A DNA stretch of 26,694 bases from a virus (Duplodnaviria; Caudoviricetes). Shown one piece after another: positions 24,618 to 26,694 of the stretch. Position 1 is the stretch's first letter. Each line of letters starts with the position of its first letter. The stretch spans positions 1-26,694 of the IMG/VR virus record IMGVR_UViG_3300034357_000131; one strand, 5' to 3'. A model generated the notes under the pieces. It saw nothing but the letters and a program-made list of their open reading frames with translations. It was not told the origin of the DNA and made no database searches. The position numbers and the translations under genes are program-made.

Positions 24618-26694
24618 ATGGCCTTTGATCCAGACGCTTATCTTGCTGAAGGAGGTGGCGTTAAAGAAACGCCATTTGATCCTGATGCTTACCTTGGAAT
24701 AGAAAAACCTGAGTCACCTGTAGGTGATACACTCCAAACCTCAGCAGAAGAACTAGAGGCTGGCATTGGAAGGGCTGGCAGTGCATTTGCAAAATCTGCA
24801 GTGGGATCGGTAAGGATGATCACCGATTTGTTTGGCGCAAATAATAAGGTGTCTAAAGAGATTGCTGGAGTAGAGGATTACATTGACCAATTCACTACGG
24901 CTCAAGCCAAGCAAGACAAGGAGGAAGTCTCAAGACTCTTCCAAGAAGCCGAAGGAAAAGGTTTAGGTTCTAAAGTTATGGCTGGTCTTAAAGCTGTAGC
25001 TGTATCTCCAGAGACGCTTGGGCCAGAGATAGCGGGGTATATGCTTCCGTCTTTAGCTGCTGGCGTATTAACCGGAGGCGCATCTATTCCAGTTCAAATC
25101 GGAGCGCAGGCGGCTATTGGCGCAGCGCAAGCGGCAGGTTCGATCAAAGGCGACATCTACCAATCAGTTAGAGACTACTCCCGCGAGCAAGGGCTTGACG
25201 AGGTTGAAGCTGATCGTGCTGCCACTGAAGCTCAATCCTATGGCGGAAAGAATCTGGACTTGATTCTTACTAACGCTGGCATTGGAGCATTGGCCGCATC
25301 AACTGGAGCAGAGAGAATAGCGACACGCATTCTTACTGGCAGAGGGCAAGCTGTTACAAAGAAAACACTCGGAGAGTTCATAAAACAAGGGGCTGCCGCT
25401 GGAGGGGTAGAGGCTTTAACTGAGGGTGGGCAAGAAGCAGCAGAACAGATTTCACAGAACATCGCCCTACAAAGGGAAGGAAAAGACGTTCCTACCTTCC
25501 AGAATGTCCCACAAGTAGCTACGATGGGCGCGGTGGCTGGTGGTGTGATTGGTGGCGGGTTGAAGGGAGTTGAGTTTCTTTCAGCGGAAGAACGAGCGGA
25601 ACAAGACATCAATCGTTCCGCAGATAGAGAAGCCAGATCACTTTCCGCTACTGATTCAACAACTAGAAAAGTTGCTAACGATCTTAACCAATCCGAGAAC
25701 GCAATTGATTCATTGAGGCAAGAACTAGACACGCTAGAGCCTACTGATCCAAGGGCACAACAGTTGCGGATGCGAATATCCGAGGAACAGAAGAAGTCCG
25801 CAGGACTAAAGCAATCCATCGGAACAGAACTATTATCGGAACCGATAACAGAAGCCGAGAAACAGCAAGCCGAGTTAGCTAAAGCATTCGTAGAAGAAGC
25901 CGCTGGGGTGCCAACTGTTAAGGAACCCTTAACAGTTCCTGCACAACCTGCTCCCGTAATAGAAGGGTTACAAGCAGTATCAGAGAACACCGCAACACCA
26001 GAACAACTTACTCAGTTGTCTCAATCTGGTCTAGTAGATATCATCAAAGGTCAACCCGTCATCAATGAAGAAGGACAAGCGGCATTGAAAGAGGCCGAAG
26101 CTCCACTACCTGCGCTAACGCCAGAAGAAAGACGAGCAGAGATTGAAGCTGCACCAGTAGAGCAAGTAGTAACGCCACCAGTAGAAGTTGCGCCAACCAT
26201 CGCAGAGGCCGCGCCAGTTGAGCCAGTCACTCCCGCACCAGTCACCGAGCAAGCTGCACCAGCAGAAGCTCCCGCGCCAGAGGTTGCAGGATTTGATAGA
26301 ACTGACATAGATTTCCCATCATTTGATTCACTTAATGAGTATCAAAAAAACGCATACCGAAATGGAACTCCAAGCACTTCTGGAGTAACGCAGGGTTTTA
26401 TTGAAACTCCAGATAATTATTTTGTTGACCCAGCGCAATTGCCAGTTGGCGCAGTAGTTGATGAAGACTTTCAGGGATATGCATATCCAAAGGCAGATGG
26501 GAAGGTTGGTTATATTTTTATGGATTTGGATGGTGTTGCAAAATCCGTGATTGCGCCTGATGAATTGGTTGCGAAAGTTAAAGCACTCCAATCTACCACT
26601 CCCGCAGTATCGGAAACGATAACGGAGCCTGTCCAACGTGATGTGACGAAGCCAGAGCAGATGACTCCACAGGAGTTTATGTCGGATAGGATGA
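24618..26694 (+). CDS. Large internal virion / ejection (polyvalent-type) protein, 3'-truncated; absent from ORF track
   Basis: Starts MAFDPDAYLAE...PFDPDAYLG. The 5' and 3' parts I translated are open in the same frame up to the window end (>690 aa). It has G/A-rich helices (EALTEGGQEAAEQ), a P/A/E/V linker at about 26100-26285, and ends ...KPEQMTPQEFMSDRM. Confidence 0.75.
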   Translation, partial: MAFDPDAYLAEGGGVKETPFDPDAYLGIEKPESPVGDTLQTSAEELEAGIGRAGSAFAKSAVGSVRMITDLFGANNKVSKEIAGVEDYIDQFTTAQAKQDKEEVSRLFQEAEGKGLGSKVMAGLKAVAVSPETLGPEIAGYMLPSLAAGVLTGGASIPVQIGAQAAIGAAQAAGSIKGDIYQSVRDYSREQGLDEVEADRAATEAQSYGGKNLDLILTNAGIGALAASTGAERIATRILTGRGQAVTKKTLGEFIKQGAAAGGVEALTEGGQEAAEQISQNIALQREGKDVPTFQNVPQVATMGAVAGGVIGGGLKGVEFLSAEERAEQDINRSADREARSLSATDSTTRKVANDLNQSENAIDSLRQELDTLEPTDPRAQQLRMRISEEQKKSAGLKQSIGTELLSEPITEAEKQQAELAKAFVEEAAGVPTVKEPLTVPAQPAPVIEGLQAVSENTATPEQLTQLSQSGLVDIIKGQPVINEEGQAALKEAEAPLPALTPEERRAEIEAAPVEQVVTPPVEVAPTIAEAAPVEPVTPAPVTEQAAPAEAPAPEVAGFDRTDIDFPSFDSLNEYQKNAYRNGTPSTSGVTQGFIETPDNYFVDPAQLPVGAVVDEDFQGYAYPKADGKVGYIFMDLDGVAKSVIAPDELVAKVKALQSTTPAVSETITEPVQRDVTKPEQMTPQEFMSDRM
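25833..25848. repeat. Dispersed palindrome copy 9 (TTATCG GAAC CGATAA), intragenic
   Basis: Encodes L-S-E-P-I. Confidence 0.85.
26608..26621. repeat. Dispersed palindrome copy 10 (TATCG GAAA CGATA), intragenic
   Basis: Encodes V-S-E-T-I. Confidence 0.85.

Noticed and set aside
26100-26285. Repetitive gcacca/ccagt-rich tract
   Set aside because: Explained by a low-complexity Pro/Ala/Glu/Val protein linker; no exact DNA period.
2378-26621. The palindrome as a CRISPR repeat, IS end or invertase site
   Set aside because: Copies are kilobases apart and only 14-18 bp. There is no cas, transposase or recombinase in the window, no target duplications, and no inverted gene segments.
25238-26636. 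Minus-strand ORFs 25238-25990, 26051-26308 and 26328-26636
   Set aside because: They are shadows of the long + strand ORF from 24618, which the track omitted because it has no stop in the window.
1-26694. Stop-codon reassignment (TAG is never used as a stop in called genes)
   Set aside because: Genes tile the window under the standard code with no ORFs broken by in-frame TAG or TGA, so there is no positive evidence.

Overview
A fragment of a tailed-phage (probably podovirus-like) genome, with every credible gene on the + strand. It covers the virion morphogenesis region. In order: portal C-terminus, coiled-coil scaffold, major capsid protein, decoration and head-fibre genes, a lysis cassette (two holin-like ORFs, a lipoprotein, an M15 endolysin), a metallophosphoesterase and a winged-HTH-like gene, two beta-helix tailspikes plus fibre genes, tail connector/nozzle genes, a cupin, and three internal/ejection proteins, the last running off the window. 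Product calls rest on motifs and gene order only; no searches were run. The strongest unexplained signals are: (1) a palindrome TATCG-N4-CGATA found 9 times exactly, plus once with one mismatch, every 0.8-5 kb, both between and inside genes and in two reading frames; (2) a Cys-initiated ~18-aa motif present in 3, 2, 1 and 1 copies in four head-associated proteins with unrelated C-termini; (3) a ~200-nt multi-hairpin leader before the capsid gene; (4) Cys-rich outer virion proteins versus Cys-free internal ones.
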